NCBI RefSeq assembly: GCF_000011465.1
Contig: NC_005072.1
Location: 990,001-1,022,000 of the forward strand
Direction: 5' to 3'
DNA length: 32,000 bases
Source: Prochlorococcus marinus subsp. pastoris str. CCMP1986
GTDB taxonomy: Bacteria; Cyanobacteriota; Cyanobacteriia; PCC-6307; Cyanobiaceae
Positions 19,595 to 30,196 of the stretch are shown here, in pieces. The notes beneath the pieces were generated by a model. That model had not been told where the DNA came from. It saw only the letters and a list, made by a program, of their open reading frames with translations, and made no database searches. The first letter of the stretch is position 1; each line of letters starts with the position of its first letter. The translations under genes and the position numbers were made by a program.

Positions 19595-19987
19595 ATGAGA
19601 GATAAGGTATTAGGATATTGGACTCTTGCATGGGTTGGTTTGATAGGTAATATCATTGCTTTACCCATAATCGCTTTAATAGTAAGTTATGGACCTCCAT
19701 TAAAAGTGGCTAATATAACTCTAGCTATAAGTGTTGGCTGGCCTGCTGCAATAGTTGGAATAGTATCTGCTTCTGCTCTTTTAGCGGAGAAGAAATGGGG
19801 TATTACCTTAACTCTAGTATCTCTTTCAATGATAATTTCTGGAACAGCTCCATATTCTATTTTTCGATTAGTCGCCCTTAAAGATATTTTTGGAATTGGA
19901 GGTTTTACACTTATGTCCTCTTTATTTGGAATCTTAGCTTTAATATATTGGTGCAATCCGAAACATCGAAGAAGTATTAGATTATAA
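19595..19987 (+). CDS. hypothetical integral membrane protein (about four TM helices)
   Basis: 130-aa ATG-initiated ORF made almost entirely of four hydrophobic stretches separated by short polar loops, with a basic C-terminus (KHRRSIRL). No family recognised. The antisense ORF 19687..19956 looks like a shadow of it. Confidence 0.55.
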   Translation: MRDKVLGYWTLAWVGLIGNIIALPIIALIVSYGPPLKVANITLAISVGWPAAIVGIVSASALLAEKKWGITLTLVSLSMIISGTAPYSIFRLVALKDIFGIGGFTLMSSLFGILALIYWCNPKHRRSIRL

Positions 19988-19998
19988 AAAATATTAGA

Positions 19999-21471
19999 TT
20001 AAGAGAAAGTGTTATTTATTGTTGTTGGATATTGAATTCTTCTATGTCTAATTCTTTTCCAAACATTTAAAAAAGATTTTTTTATTAGAAAAATTTCTCC
20101 CTTGGAAAGATCACTATCATTTAACTGACCATCAACTTGCCTTGAATAAAATATTTTGGATATTGTTTCTATTGCTTCAGAATCAGAAGCATTAATATCC
20201 ATTGCTCTTAAGGCCGCTTCACATCCGTCGGCAAGCATCAAGATAGCAGTTTCTTTGGATTGAGGGATAGGACCTTTATATCTAAAATCACTCTCATTAA
20301 AATTTAATTTTTTCTCTTCAGCTTTATTAAGAAAATATCCCATTTTAAGAGTTCCTTGATGTTCTGGGATGAAATTAGCTATTGGTTTTGGTAATCTATT
20401 TTTTCTTGCAAATTTCAGTCCTTCATCTACGTGGGCTTGTAAAACCTCTGCGCTTTTTAAAGGATCATCAATTTCATCATGTGGATTAACCCCACCATCT
20501 TGATTCTCAATGAACCAATTTGGAGCATGTAATTTCCCAACATCATGATATAGAGAACCTGTTTTGATAAGATCAATATCACCTCCAATAATTCTTGTCG
20601 CCTCTTCAGCTAGACCACATATCAACAAAGTATGTTCAAAAGTTCCTGGGGCTTCAATAGAGAGTCTTCTAATAAGAGGTTTTTCTTTATCAGCCAATTC
20701 CAATAATCTTGCCTTTGTTAACAATCCAAATACGGACTCAAAAATAGGGATAAATAATATTGTTATGAGCATTATTATTGCCAATAACAGAGAATCAGAA
20801 AATATTTTGCCATTTGAAGTAAAAATTTCTTGGTTATCCAAAAAGGAATATTCCTCATTTCCAATTAGTAACCATTGAGAAATCAATGCCCCGATTGGAA
20901 CAAATATTGAGAGTTGAAGTAACTGAGCTCTACTCCTTATTCTTCCGCCAAGAACTGAAACAAAACATGCGCAAATCAATGTTATGAGTAGAAGATAACT
21001 ATTAATATTTGTCAGAGACTCTGGCCAACTTAGGCTTGCTATTGAGACCCAAGCTAAAGCAGTTATGGTTCCCATACCTTGAGAAATAATTAAAGCAGGA
21101 GGTATGATGATTGATAAAGGACTAAATCCTGATCCAAATATATTTTTTATCATTTGAACAAATAATAGTAGTGAAATAATTAAAAGGATTTGTCTTGAAT
21201 TAATATTTGGATTTTCTTTTCTAGAAACTAGTATTAAAAATCCGCAAGTAAATAAGACTTCACTAAAATTAATGCCCCAAGACAAAAAATCTGAACCTTC
21301 TAAAGGTTGAACAAGAAGAATTTCATAGGAAGATATTATGGAGATAACAATACATATTAGGAAGATAATTAATTTATCTATTTTTGAAATTTGAATAGGA
21401 TTCTGTGAAGGGAATTGACTTCTGTTCCATAAGTTATTTAATTTTTTTATAATTCTTGTTGTATTTTGCAC
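19999..21471 (-). CDS. 7TM-HD membrane phosphohydrolase (PgpH/YqfF-like HDIG protein; family includes c-di-AMP phosphodiesterases)
   Basis: 490-aa ORF. The N-terminal two-thirds is multi-pass membrane. The C-terminal HD domain has FEHTLLICGLAEEA (His), LYHDVGK (HD) and MLADGCEAALRA. The start is GTG (21469-21471), with no nearby ATG. Confidence 0.8.
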   Translation of the reverse strand: MQNTTRIIKKLNNLWNRSQFPSQNPIQISKIDKLIIFLICIVISIISSYEILLVQPLEGSDFLSWGINFSEVLFTCGFLILVSRKENPNINSRQILLIISLLLFVQMIKNIFGSGFSPLSIIIPPALIISQGMGTITALAWVSIASLSWPESLTNINSYLLLITLICACFVSVLGGRIRSRAQLLQLSIFVPIGALISQWLLIGNEEYSFLDNQEIFTSNGKIFSDSLLLAIIMLITILFIPIFESVFGLLTKARLLELADKEKPLIRRLSIEAPGTFEHTLLICGLAEEATRIIGGDIDLIKTGSLYHDVGKLHAPNWFIENQDGGVNPHDEIDDPLKSAEVLQAHVDEGLKFARKNRLPKPIANFIPEHQGTLKMGYFLNKAEEKKLNFNESDFRYKGPIPQSKETAILMLADGCEAALRAMDINASDSEAIETISKIFYSRQVDGQLNDSDLSKGEIFLIKKSFLNVWKRIRHRRIQYPTTINNTFS

Positions 21472-21545
21472 AGAATAGAATTAAATCGAATTGATTAATT
21501 TAAAATTATAGGCATGCTAGGAGTAAAAAGGAGAAGTTTTTCTAA

Positions 21546-22442
21546 ATGTCATTAAAACTAGATGGTAAAAAATTATCCCTAGAAATAGAAGAAAGATTAA
21601 GAAATTATATTCTTACTAATAAAACAATTGCAAAAAGAAATCCTGGTTTGGCTGTAATAAGAATTGGCGAAGATCCCGCAAGCGGAGTTTATGTAGGTAA
21701 CAAAGAAAAAGCTTGTTCAAGAGTTGGAATAAAGAGTTATATTTTTCATCTAAAAGATACAGTAGAGCAAAAAGAAGTTGAACAATTATTAAATAAATTA
21801 AATCTTGATAATAATATTGATGGAATGTTATTACAACTTCCCATATCAAAGAAATTTGATGAACAAAGATTGATAAGTTTCATTAATCCAGAAAAAGATG
21901 TAGATGGATTAAATGAGCAAAATATTGGGAAGTTAGTAAAAAATGAACAGGCAATGAGATCTTGCACACCAGCTGGGATCGTAAATTTACTAAAATCTCA
22001 AAATATTAAAATTGAAGGAAAAAAAATTGTTGTTATTGGAAGAAGTTTGTTAGTTGGGAAACCCCTATCTCTTATGATGTTGAATCTTAATGCGACGGTG
22101 ACAATAACTCATTCAAAAACTATAAATTTAAATAAAATATGCAAAGAAGCAGATATATTAATCGCTGCCGCAGGAAAACCTAACCTCATAAACTCAAGTT
22201 TCGTTAAAGAGGGAGCTGTAATTATTGATGTTGGAATACATAGATTAACAAGTTCCGACAAAAGCAAAACCAGATTATGTGGAGATGTATTATTAGAAGA
22301 TGTCATTCCCAAAGTATTTGCATACACCCCCGTCCCTGGGGGGGTTGGACCAATGACAGTAACAATGTTACTAGTAAATACTATTTTCAGCTGGCAAAAA
22401 CAATTTGGTTTATCATCAACTCTTAATGACCTGCTGCCATAA
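21546..22442 (+). CDS. folD: bifunctional methylenetetrahydrofolate dehydrogenase / methenyltetrahydrofolate cyclohydrolase
   Basis: 298-aa [47 protein letters not shown] and [15 protein letters not shown] are the FolD signatures. Confidence 0.95.
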   Translation: MSLKLDGKKLSLEIEERLRNYILTNKTIAKRNPGLAVIRIGEDPASGVYVGNKEKACSRVGIKSYIFHLKDTVEQKEVEQLLNKLNLDNNIDGMLLQLPISKKFDEQRLISFINPEKDVDGLNEQNIGKLVKNEQAMRSCTPAGIVNLLKSQNIKIEGKKIVVIGRSLLVGKPLSLMMLNLNATVTITHSKTINLNKICKEADILIAAAGKPNLINSSFVKEGAVIIDVGIHRLTSSDKSKTRLCGDVLLEDVIPKVFAYTPVPGGVGPMTVTMLLVNTIFSWQKQFGLSSTLNDLLP

Positions 22443-22479
22443 AGCTAACGATGCAGAAAAACATTACTCAACGTAAAAA

Positions 22480-23382
22480 ATGACAGAAGTTATAAATAAT
22501 ATTCCAGATTTTGAAAAATATCTAACAGACACAAAAAAAGTCGTCGAAGAAGCTCTTGATTTCTCATTAGGCCCCGAGAACCCAGAAATCCTTAGGGAAT
22601 CAATGAGATATTCTCTCCTGGCTGGAGGAAAAAGGATACGTCCAATTTTATGTCTAGCTTCTTGTTCACTAGCAGGAGGTGAACCCTCTCTAGCAGTTCC
22701 TACAGCAGTTGCCATAGAAATGATTCATACCATGTCATTGATTCATGATGATTTACCTGCGATGGACAATGACGGCTTTAGAAGAGGAAGACCTACTAAT
22801 CATAAAGTTTACGGCGATGCAATAGCTATTCTGGCTGGTGATGCATTACTAACGAGAGCCTTTGAAATGGTCTCATTAAGAAGCCCTGGCGTTGATTCCA
22901 ATAGATTATTAAATGTAGTTGGAGAACTTTCCCTTGTAGCAGGAGCACCCGGACTAGTTGGTGGTCAAGTTGTTGATTTGGAATGCGAAGGTAAAGAAGT
23001 TGACCTCGAAACCCTTGAATATATACATCTTCATAAGACCGGTGCATTATTAAAAGCCTCTGTCAGAACTGGAGCAATGATTGCAGGAGCTAATGAAGAA
23101 TTATTAAATGCCCTAACTACTTATGCAGAGGGTATTGGTTTAGCATTCCAAATAATAGATGACATCCTTGATTTAACTTCAAGTAGTGAGAAACTTGGTA
23201 AAACAGCAGGTAAAGATCTTTTAGCAGATAAAACTACTTATCCCAAATTACTTGGGATGGAAGAATCAAAGAAAAAAGCTTTCGATTTAGTGGACCAAGC
23301 TAAGAAAGCAATTGAGCCTTGGGGTTTAAATGCAAAATATTTAATCTCCTTAGCTGATTTCATTACAAATAGAGATAGGTAA
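22480..23382 (+). CDS. crtE: geranylgeranyl diphosphate synthase (type-II polyprenyl synthase)
   Basis: 300-aa ORF with both aspartate-rich motifs (first: [17 protein letters not shown]; second: FQIIDDILD) and the GKTAGKD segment. Length and pattern match cyanobacterial/plastid CrtE/GGPPS. Confidence 0.9.
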   Translation: MTEVINNIPDFEKYLTDTKKVVEEALDFSLGPENPEILRESMRYSLLAGGKRIRPILCLASCSLAGGEPSLAVPTAVAIEMIHTMSLIHDDLPAMDNDGFRRGRPTNHKVYGDAIAILAGDALLTRAFEMVSLRSPGVDSNRLLNVVGELSLVAGAPGLVGGQVVDLECEGKEVDLETLEYIHLHKTGALLKASVRTGAMIAGANEELLNALTTYAEGIGLAFQIIDDILDLTSSSEKLGKTAGKDLLADKTTYPKLLGMEESKKKAFDLVDQAKKAIEPWGLNAKYLISLADFITNRDR

Positions 23383-23396
23383 AGAGTTTTTAACTT

Positions 23397-23876
23397 ATGT
23401 CAGAATTTTCAGCTTTCTTCGATAATTCAGTTCTTTTCTGGAGTTTATTAGCTTGTTTAATAGCTCAATTTTTAAAAATTATATTTAATTTCTTTGCAAC
23501 AGGAAAGGTTAGATTTGAAATTATGTTTGAAACAGGAGGGATGCCCTCAAGTCATTCTGCTTTAATAACTGGGGCTACATCAGGAATAGGTTTTCAATTA
23601 GGCTTTGATAACCCAATATTTGCATTAGCTATTGCACTTTCACTCATTGTTATGTACGACGCAAGTGGGGTTAGAAAATCAGCCGGTATTCAGGCTGCAG
23701 AGATTAACAAACTATCAAAAAAATTAGATCCCAAATCTCAAGTTGCTTTAAAAGAAACTCTTGGTCATACAAAATTTGAGGTTATTATAGGAAGTCTTTT
23801 AGGTCCAATAATCACATTACCAGGAATTGTGTTTATAGGTTCTCCTCTCAACATAATTGATTTGATAATAAATTAA
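23397..23876 (+). CDS. divergent PAP2-family membrane protein (acid phosphatase / vanadium haloperoxidase-related, DUF212)
   Basis: 159-aa ORF lying 14 nt downstream of crtE. It carries the motifs GGMPSSHSA, MYDASGVR and LGHTKFEV within about four hydrophobic helices, matching the PF02681-type family found in cyanobacteria and plastids. Confidence 0.8.
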   Translation: MSEFSAFFDNSVLFWSLLACLIAQFLKIIFNFFATGKVRFEIMFETGGMPSSHSALITGATSGIGFQLGFDNPIFALAIALSLIVMYDASGVRKSAGIQAAEINKLSKKLDPKSQVALKETLGHTKFEVIIGSLLGPIITLPGIVFIGSPLNIIDLIIN

Positions 23877-25267
23877 GCATCTTGAGAATAATTAACTTGT
23901 GTAGCATCTACGAAGTTTTTTGCAGCTTCTTGGCAACTTGGTAAATGTAAATGAATCCAACTTGCATGTAATTTTTTATCTGACCAACCTTCTTTTTTAA
24001 ATTTAGTCTCCCACGATTTAATTTCCCATGGAGAAAATAATTGGCTATGATTCTCATTCTTTTTTAAATCAAATTCTGAGGAGGCTCGTTCAACTTCCCA
24101 ATAATGAAATTCATGCCCTCTAATTGTTTGATTTTGTTTAATTATTGGAGTATCTTTTAAACCCTTTATATATCTATAACCTACCGACAAATTACTTTTT
24201 TTAGACTTAAAAGGTAATATTCCGCTCATTTTATGATTAATACCATTTTCATCTTTAATTAGGTCTCCTAAGATCATCATTCCTCCACACTCTGCATAAA
24301 TAAATCCTTTTTTACGGAATTCTCTTAATGACTTTAAGCTTTTATCTGAATCACTTATATGACCAGCATATTTTTCGGGAAACCCTCCTGGAATAATTAA
24401 AGATGAAGCCTCATTTGGAATTTCTTCATTATTAAAAATGCTCCATGGAATTAGTGGAATTCCTATTTCATCAAGAAAATCCCTCGTTTCAGGGTATTGA
24501 AAATGAAAGATTTTGTCCTCTGCAATTACGATAGGTTTCTTTTTATTTATTTTAAAATCTTTACAACTATTGGTATTTAATATATTTTTTTTTGAAGGAG
24601 ATTTCAGAAATTTACATAGAGAAACAACATCAAGATTTTTTTCAGCAAAACCTGCAAAATAATCAACATCAATTTTTCTATCACTATCAAAGGGAGAAAT
24701 TAAACCTAAATTAGCCTTGTTAACATTTATTTTTGAATCGGAAGGTAAAAACCCAAGGATTTGGATATCCTCATTTTTAAAAACTTCTGTAATTAATTTT
24801 TTATGTCTATCTGAATTCACGTTATTAAATATAATTCCTTTTATTGATAATTTATTATCAAAATCTCTAAAACCTCTAAATGTTGGAAGAAGAGAGGCTA
24901 CTTGACCTTTAGCATTAACAATAAAAATTATTGGAGTATCAAGAAGTTTGGCAACATTTGCAGTACTTGAATAAGAAGTTGCACCTAATCCATCAAAAAG
25001 ACCCATAGCTCCCTCTATCAATGAGAATTCATATTTCAAAGAATGCTTTAAAAAATTTTTTTGAACCCATTTTTCACCACTTAAAAAAATATCCAAATTC
25101 CGACAAATGGGTTGGCCAATTGAACTAAGTTGTTGTTGATCAAGATAATCTGGTCCCACCTTGAAAGTTTGTATTTTTATCCCTTTTGAAAAAGCCCAAC
25201 AAGAAATCAAAAGAGATAAAGTAGTTTTCCCACTATCAGTTGAAGGAGAAGATATTACACAAGGCAT
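23873..25267 (-). CDS. cobB: cobyrinic acid a,c-diamide synthase
   Basis: 464-aa ORF. It has an N-terminal CobQ/CobB/MinD-type nucleotide-binding loop (SSPSTDSGKTTLSL) and a C-terminal GATase-3 domain with nucleophile AECGGMMILG and GHEFHYWE. Its stop overlaps the stop of the convergent PAP2-like gene (TTAA at 23873-23876). Confidence 0.85.
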   Translation of the reverse strand: MPCVISSPSTDSGKTTLSLLISCWAFSKGIKIQTFKVGPDYLDQQQLSSIGQPICRNLDIFLSGEKWVQKNFLKHSLKYEFSLIEGAMGLFDGLGATSYSSTANVAKLLDTPIIFIVNAKGQVASLLPTFRGFRDFDNKLSIKGIIFNNVNSDRHKKLITEVFKNEDIQILGFLPSDSKINVNKANLGLISPFDSDRKIDVDYFAGFAEKNLDVVSLCKFLKSPSKKNILNTNSCKDFKINKKKPIVIAEDKIFHFQYPETRDFLDEIGIPLIPWSIFNNEEIPNEASSLIIPGGFPEKYAGHISDSDKSLKSLREFRKKGFIYAECGGMMILGDLIKDENGINHKMSGILPFKSKKSNLSVGYRYIKGLKDTPIIKQNQTIRGHEFHYWEVERASSEFDLKKNENHSQLFSPWEIKSWETKFKKEGWSDKKLHASWIHLHLPSCQEAAKNFVDATQVNYSQDA

Positions 25268-25277
25268 TTAATTTCTT

Positions 25278-26579
25278 TTATTTATTAAAACCATTAAATA
25301 TTTGAACTGCGACCTTAATAGCATTTTCAAAAAGTGGACTAGTATTTCCTCTACTACTTCCCAATAACTTACTTACATCAGATTCTGATGAAGAAAAAGA
25401 GTTTGGAACAACTTGCTCTATTAATTGCATATCAGCCATACCTCCAGCTTCAAGTCTCATACATTCAACAGATTCACACCCAAGAATTACACAAGTATTG
25501 TTTTTACGAACCTCACTAATTTTAGAAATCAACCTTAATCCAATAACTTGGCCTGAATGAATACTTGGATTTCCCAAAGGTACAGGGTTTATACATGTCA
25601 AAATATTCTCGCCATTCTTTCTTTTAAATTCTATTTTTATTAAATCTCCATGTTTATTTATTTTTGAAAATACCCATTCTAGTTTGTCACTAATCCACGA
25701 AATTAGAAGTAAAGCTTGAAGAAAATTACCTTCTGCTATATCTATATCAATATCTGAAATATGTTCTAATATAGGTCTCCTGGATGGAGGATCAAAAATC
25801 ATTGCTAATGATTCACGCCAACTTTTAAGTCTTACCCAATTTAAATCATTAATAGCCTTATTTGATTTTATTGATTGATAGAGGATTTTTAAGCATCTTT
25901 TGGGCGACCCATTTGCACTATCAATAATTAACCTAATACCCTGATCTGTGAAAAAATTAAAAATTTCTTGTGATTCATCAAGGCTGCCATTCCACCATAA
26001 CCAAATAGGTAAATCTTTAATAGATAGGTCATCAATAATTTTCAATCCTTTATTGTTAATAGAATTAGAGTCACCCCTTATGACGACCAAATCGCCACAG
26101 ATAGGTTGAGTTATAGTGTTATCACTAAGTGGGCAATATGCAGATACAAAAGTTTTTATCTCTGATTCTTTATTTAAAGTTGGTGCTAAGGTAATTAATC
26201 TTCTAGGATTTAAAGTGCTTATTGAAGATTCAAAGAATTGCCCTCTTAAGTCTTCGTAATCTTTATTTAATAAATTTTCCTTTAACAAAGTCAATAACTC
26301 TTCACTATGTATAGAAGTAGTATGTGATAATCCTTTATCTATAATTAATTTTTTAGCAACTTTTATTATCTCTGGACTTAATGTTCCAGTAATTGGTCCA
26401 CTTATTAAGCCTGATTTAACTAAACATTGTTCAAGCCATGCAGGCTGCCAGACCATCAAAGTAAAAGTATTTGCTCCAACACTTTCTTCATCTTCAGAAA
26501 TCCATAATTGATTTAAATAATTAGATATTTCTTGATGAGGTAGTTCTAATGGGGTTTGAAGTGTTAATTGAGGTTTCAT
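25278..26579 (-). CDS. opcA: glucose-6-phosphate dehydrogenase assembly/activator protein OpcA
   Basis: 433-aa ORF immediately (7 nt) downstream of zwf on the same strand, the conserved cyanobacterial zwf-opcA arrangement. Size and the N-terminal ...TFTLMVWQP... segment fit OpcA. The call rests mainly on context plus general resemblance. Confidence 0.8.
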   Translation of the reverse strand: MKPQLTLQTPLELPHQEISNYLNQLWISEDEESVGANTFTLMVWQPAWLEQCLVKSGLISGPITGTLSPEIIKVAKKLIIDKGLSHTTSIHSEELLTLLKENLLNKDYEDLRGQFFESSISTLNPRRLITLAPTLNKESEIKTFVSAYCPLSDNTITQPICGDLVVIRGDSNSINNKGLKIIDDLSIKDLPIWLWWNGSLDESQEIFNFFTDQGIRLIIDSANGSPKRCLKILYQSIKSNKAINDLNWVRLKSWRESLAMIFDPPSRRPILEHISDIDIDIAEGNFLQALLLISWISDKLEWVFSKINKHGDLIKIEFKRKNGENILTCINPVPLGNPSIHSGQVIGLRLISKISEVRKNNTCVILGCESVECMRLEAGGMADMQLIEQVVPNSFSSSESDVSKLLGSSRGNTSPLFENAIKVAVQIFNGFNK

Positions 26580-26586
26580 TATAAAA

Positions 26587-28110
26587 TTAGGGTCTGCGCC
26601 AAAAAATATTATCTTTGGAAAGTAATTGATCTGATTCAGGAGGTCCCCAAGTCATTGATTCGTATTTATGAATAGGTAACTTCCAAGGAGCGTCTTCCAT
26701 TAATTCTATTAATGGTGTATAAAGTTTCCAAGCAGCTTCTACCTCATCACTCCTTGTAAACAAGGTAGGATCTGAGAGCATGGCATCAGCCAACAACCTT
26801 ACATAACCTTCGTCAGAAGGCTCTCCAAAAGATTCATCGTAAGAAAATTCCATTTCAACTGGTCTTGCTTTCATCCCAGATCCAGGTGATTTGACTTCAA
26901 ATTTAAAAGTAGCTCCTTCATTAGGCTGAATCCTAAGAATAAGCTGATTTGGCGCAGGATTAATTATTGTTGATTCAAATAAATGTACTGGGACATCTTT
27001 AAATGTTAATACAATTTCCCCAAGTCTTTTCGGTAGTCTTTTACCTGTTCTTAAGAAGAAAGGAACTCCTTGCCATCGCCAATTATCAATAAATACTTTT
27101 GTTGCAATATAAGTTTCTGTTGTACTGTTCAAATTTACTCCATCTTCATCCCTATAACCTTTAAGTCTTTTAAGACTATTACCTCCTTGTGCATACTGAC
27201 CTCTGACACAGCAATTCCAGGGTTCATTCTCATCGGCAAGTTTTGAAGCTTGAAGAACTTTTGCTTTTTCATTTCTTATTGCCTCAGGTTCAAATTTACC
27301 AGGAGGCTCCATCGCTGTTACAGCAAGCATTTGAGTTAAATGATTTTGGAGCATATCTCTTAAAGCCCCAGAGCTTTCATAATAACCAGCTCTATCTTCA
27401 ACCCCAACAGTTTCCGATGATGTTATTTGAACACTTGAAATATAATTCCTATTCCATATAGGTTCAAAAATAGTATTAGCAAACCTCATAACAAGTATGT
27501 TTTGAACAGTCTCTTTCCCCAAATAATGATCTATTCGATATATCTGACTTTCATCTGCACAACTTTGAACGATCTTATTTAATTTCTTCGCACTTGAATA
27601 ATCTCTTCCAAAGGGTTTTTCAATAACGATTCGACTTTTCTTCGGATCATCTAGTAATCCAGCAGCCTTTAGAGCCTTACATCCACTTCCATAAAAGTTT
27701 GGAGATACTGATAAGTAAAAGGTGTTATTTCCATGTGTAGCCTGTAATTTATCAATCTCATTTAATCTTTTGGAAAGTCTTACTACATGATCACTTTGCT
27801 GCAAATCAACTGGTTCGTAGAATAGATAATTTGAAAACTGTTCCCATTCCTTTTCATTGTCAGATATTTGATCAGCTAACTTACCCTTCATTTTTTCCTT
27901 AAAATCTTGATCACTCCAAGGCCTTCTTGCACATCCAACTATGGCGAATTCACTTGGGATCCTTCTTTGCAGATAAAGTTCAAATAAGGCAGGTATAAGT
28001 TTCCTATGAGTAAGATCTCCACTAGCTCCAAATATTATTAGGCATTGTGGAGATATCACTCTTTCTTGTCGCAAACCTAATCTAAGAGGATTACTTAAGG
28101 TTGAGGACAT
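26587..28110 (-). CDS. zwf: glucose-6-phosphate 1-dehydrogenase
   Basis: 507-aa ORF. The NADP-binding motif IFGASGDLTHRKLIPAL, the active-site signature RIDHYLGKE and EKPFGRD are present. Confidence 0.96.
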   Translation of the reverse strand: MSSTLSNPLRLGLRQERVISPQCLIIFGASGDLTHRKLIPALFELYLQRRIPSEFAIVGCARRPWSDQDFKEKMKGKLADQISDNEKEWEQFSNYLFYEPVDLQQSDHVVRLSKRLNEIDKLQATHGNNTFYLSVSPNFYGSGCKALKAAGLLDDPKKSRIVIEKPFGRDYSSAKKLNKIVQSCADESQIYRIDHYLGKETVQNILVMRFANTIFEPIWNRNYISSVQITSSETVGVEDRAGYYESSGALRDMLQNHLTQMLAVTAMEPPGKFEPEAIRNEKAKVLQASKLADENEPWNCCVRGQYAQGGNSLKRLKGYRDEDGVNLNSTTETYIATKVFIDNWRWQGVPFFLRTGKRLPKRLGEIVLTFKDVPVHLFESTIINPAPNQLILRIQPNEGATFKFEVKSPGSGMKARPVEMEFSYDESFGEPSDEGYVRLLADAMLSDPTLFTRSDEVEAAWKLYTPLIELMEDAPWKLPIHKYESMTWGPPESDQLLSKDNIFWRRP

Positions 28111-28223
28111 ATCTTTTTATAAGTCTTATATAGATAAAATCGTCTTTTTTGGACTAATTAGCTACATTTTGTGTCTAAACCAAAAAAGTCTTTAATTTAT
28201 TAAAAAAATTTTTATAGGAATAT

Positions 28224-29345
<1,122 letters not shown>

Positions 29346-29518
29346 TTATTTATACTAAGAGATTATCAATTTGTATATTAATTTGTATGTGTTTTATAAA
29401 AATGGTTACGTTTTGAGATCGGAATATTTAATTATAAATCTTTCCATTTTTAAATTTTTATAAATTTTATCGGTATAGTTACACAGGAATAATTTTTTAT
29501 TTAATAAAAAATTCATCT

Positions 29519-30055
29519 ATGAATAATTCTCAAAGATCAGTAACTCATTCTCAAAATGGTGATTATAGGACAATTGAGCAGACCATGGAAAAGCTTTCTG
29601 GAGGAACAAGAAGGCTTGCTGCTCAGTTAACTACTTCTGCGACTTTCAACTCACTATGGAATGTTCTAACTGATTATGACCGCCTAAATCTCTATATCCC
29701 AAATTTGTTATCTAGTAGAAAAATTTATAAAAATAATAATAATGTTCATCTAAAACAAGTTGGTGCTCAAGATTTCCTTGGAATGAAATTTTCTGCGGAA
29801 GTTACTATTGATTTATTCGAAGAGAAAGAACTTGGTTTATTAAAATTTAGTCTAATTAAAGGAGATTTCAGAAGATTTGAAGGGAGCTGGAAAATTAAAA
29901 AAATAAAAGACACTTCAAAAAACTCATTAATTTATGATCTGACTGTACAAGGTTGTCAATGGATGCCAATAGGAATGATAGAAAAAAGGTTAAAAAAAGA
30001 CCTTTCTGAAAATTTGATTGCAGTAGATAAGCAAGCAAAAGCCTCAATAAAATAA
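29519..30055 (+). CDS. SRPBCC-superfamily (polyketide cyclase/dehydrase, START-like) protein
   Basis: 178-aa ORF. The segments SATFNSLWNVLTDYDRLNLYIPNL, GDFRRFEGSW and LTVQ... match the layout of cyanobacterial/plastid cyclase-dehydrase-type lipid-binding fold proteins. This is a motif-level call only. Confidence 0.6.
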   Translation: MNNSQRSVTHSQNGDYRTIEQTMEKLSGGTRRLAAQLTTSATFNSLWNVLTDYDRLNLYIPNLLSSRKIYKNNNNVHLKQVGAQDFLGMKFSAEVTIDLFEEKELGLLKFSLIKGDFRRFEGSWKIKKIKDTSKNSLIYDLTVQGCQWMPIGMIEKRLKKDLSENLIAVDKQAKASIK

Positions 30056-30082
30056 ATAATTAAAATTTTGAAAATTAATTTA

Positions 30083-30155
30083 TAGCCCCAAGGGGATTCG
30101 AACCCCTGTCGCCTCCGTGAAAGGGAGGTGTCCTAGGCCTCTAGACGATGGGGCC
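30083..30155 (-). tRNA. trnE: tRNA-Glu (anticodon UUC)
   Basis: The minus strand folds into a cloverleaf: acceptor GGCCCCA/UGGGGCU (G1-U72 as in plastid/cyanobacterial tRNA-Glu), D arm GUCU-AGAGGCCUA-GGAC, anticodon arm CCUCC-CUUUCAC-GGAGG (UUC), T arm AGGGG-UUCGAAU-CCCCU, discriminator A. No CCA is encoded. Confidence 0.95.
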
Positions 30156-30196
30156 AAGGAAATAGCTTAATAGCTAATAAAAAATTAGGAGTAAAG

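Noticed and set aside
21472-21545. Possible riboswitch or leader upstream of folD
   Set aside because: The spacer is only 74 nt and is shared with the divergent 7TM-HD gene. It has no conserved riboswitch core that I recognise, only a purine-rich AAGGAG-like element near the start.
22464-22715. 83-aa minus-strand ORF overlapping the 5' end of crtE
   Set aside because: It is antisense to a region encoding conserved CrtE motifs. The translation is Arg/Ser/Pro-rich without features, and there is no room for its own promoter before folD. Judged a shadow ORF.
28144-28188. Inverted repeat CTTTTTTGG...CCAAAAAAG between petH and zwf, considered as a petH terminator
   Set aside because: The 9-bp stem is almost all A-U with a ~27-nt loop and no clean U-tract after it on the minus strand. 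It is too weak to call a Rho-independent terminator.
29373-29386. Possible NtcA site (GTA-N8-TAC) in the petH upstream repeat
   Set aside because: The sequence is GTA-tattaatt-TGT. The second half-site is not TAC, so it does not satisfy the consensus.
30056-30196. tRNA-Glu as a possible genomic-island integration site
   Set aside because: tRNA genes are island hotspots in Prochlorococcus. Here, however, the tRNA is flanked within about 30-40 nt by conserved genes (SRPBCC protein, sasA). I saw no integrase and no duplicated partial copy of the tRNA 3' half in the window.
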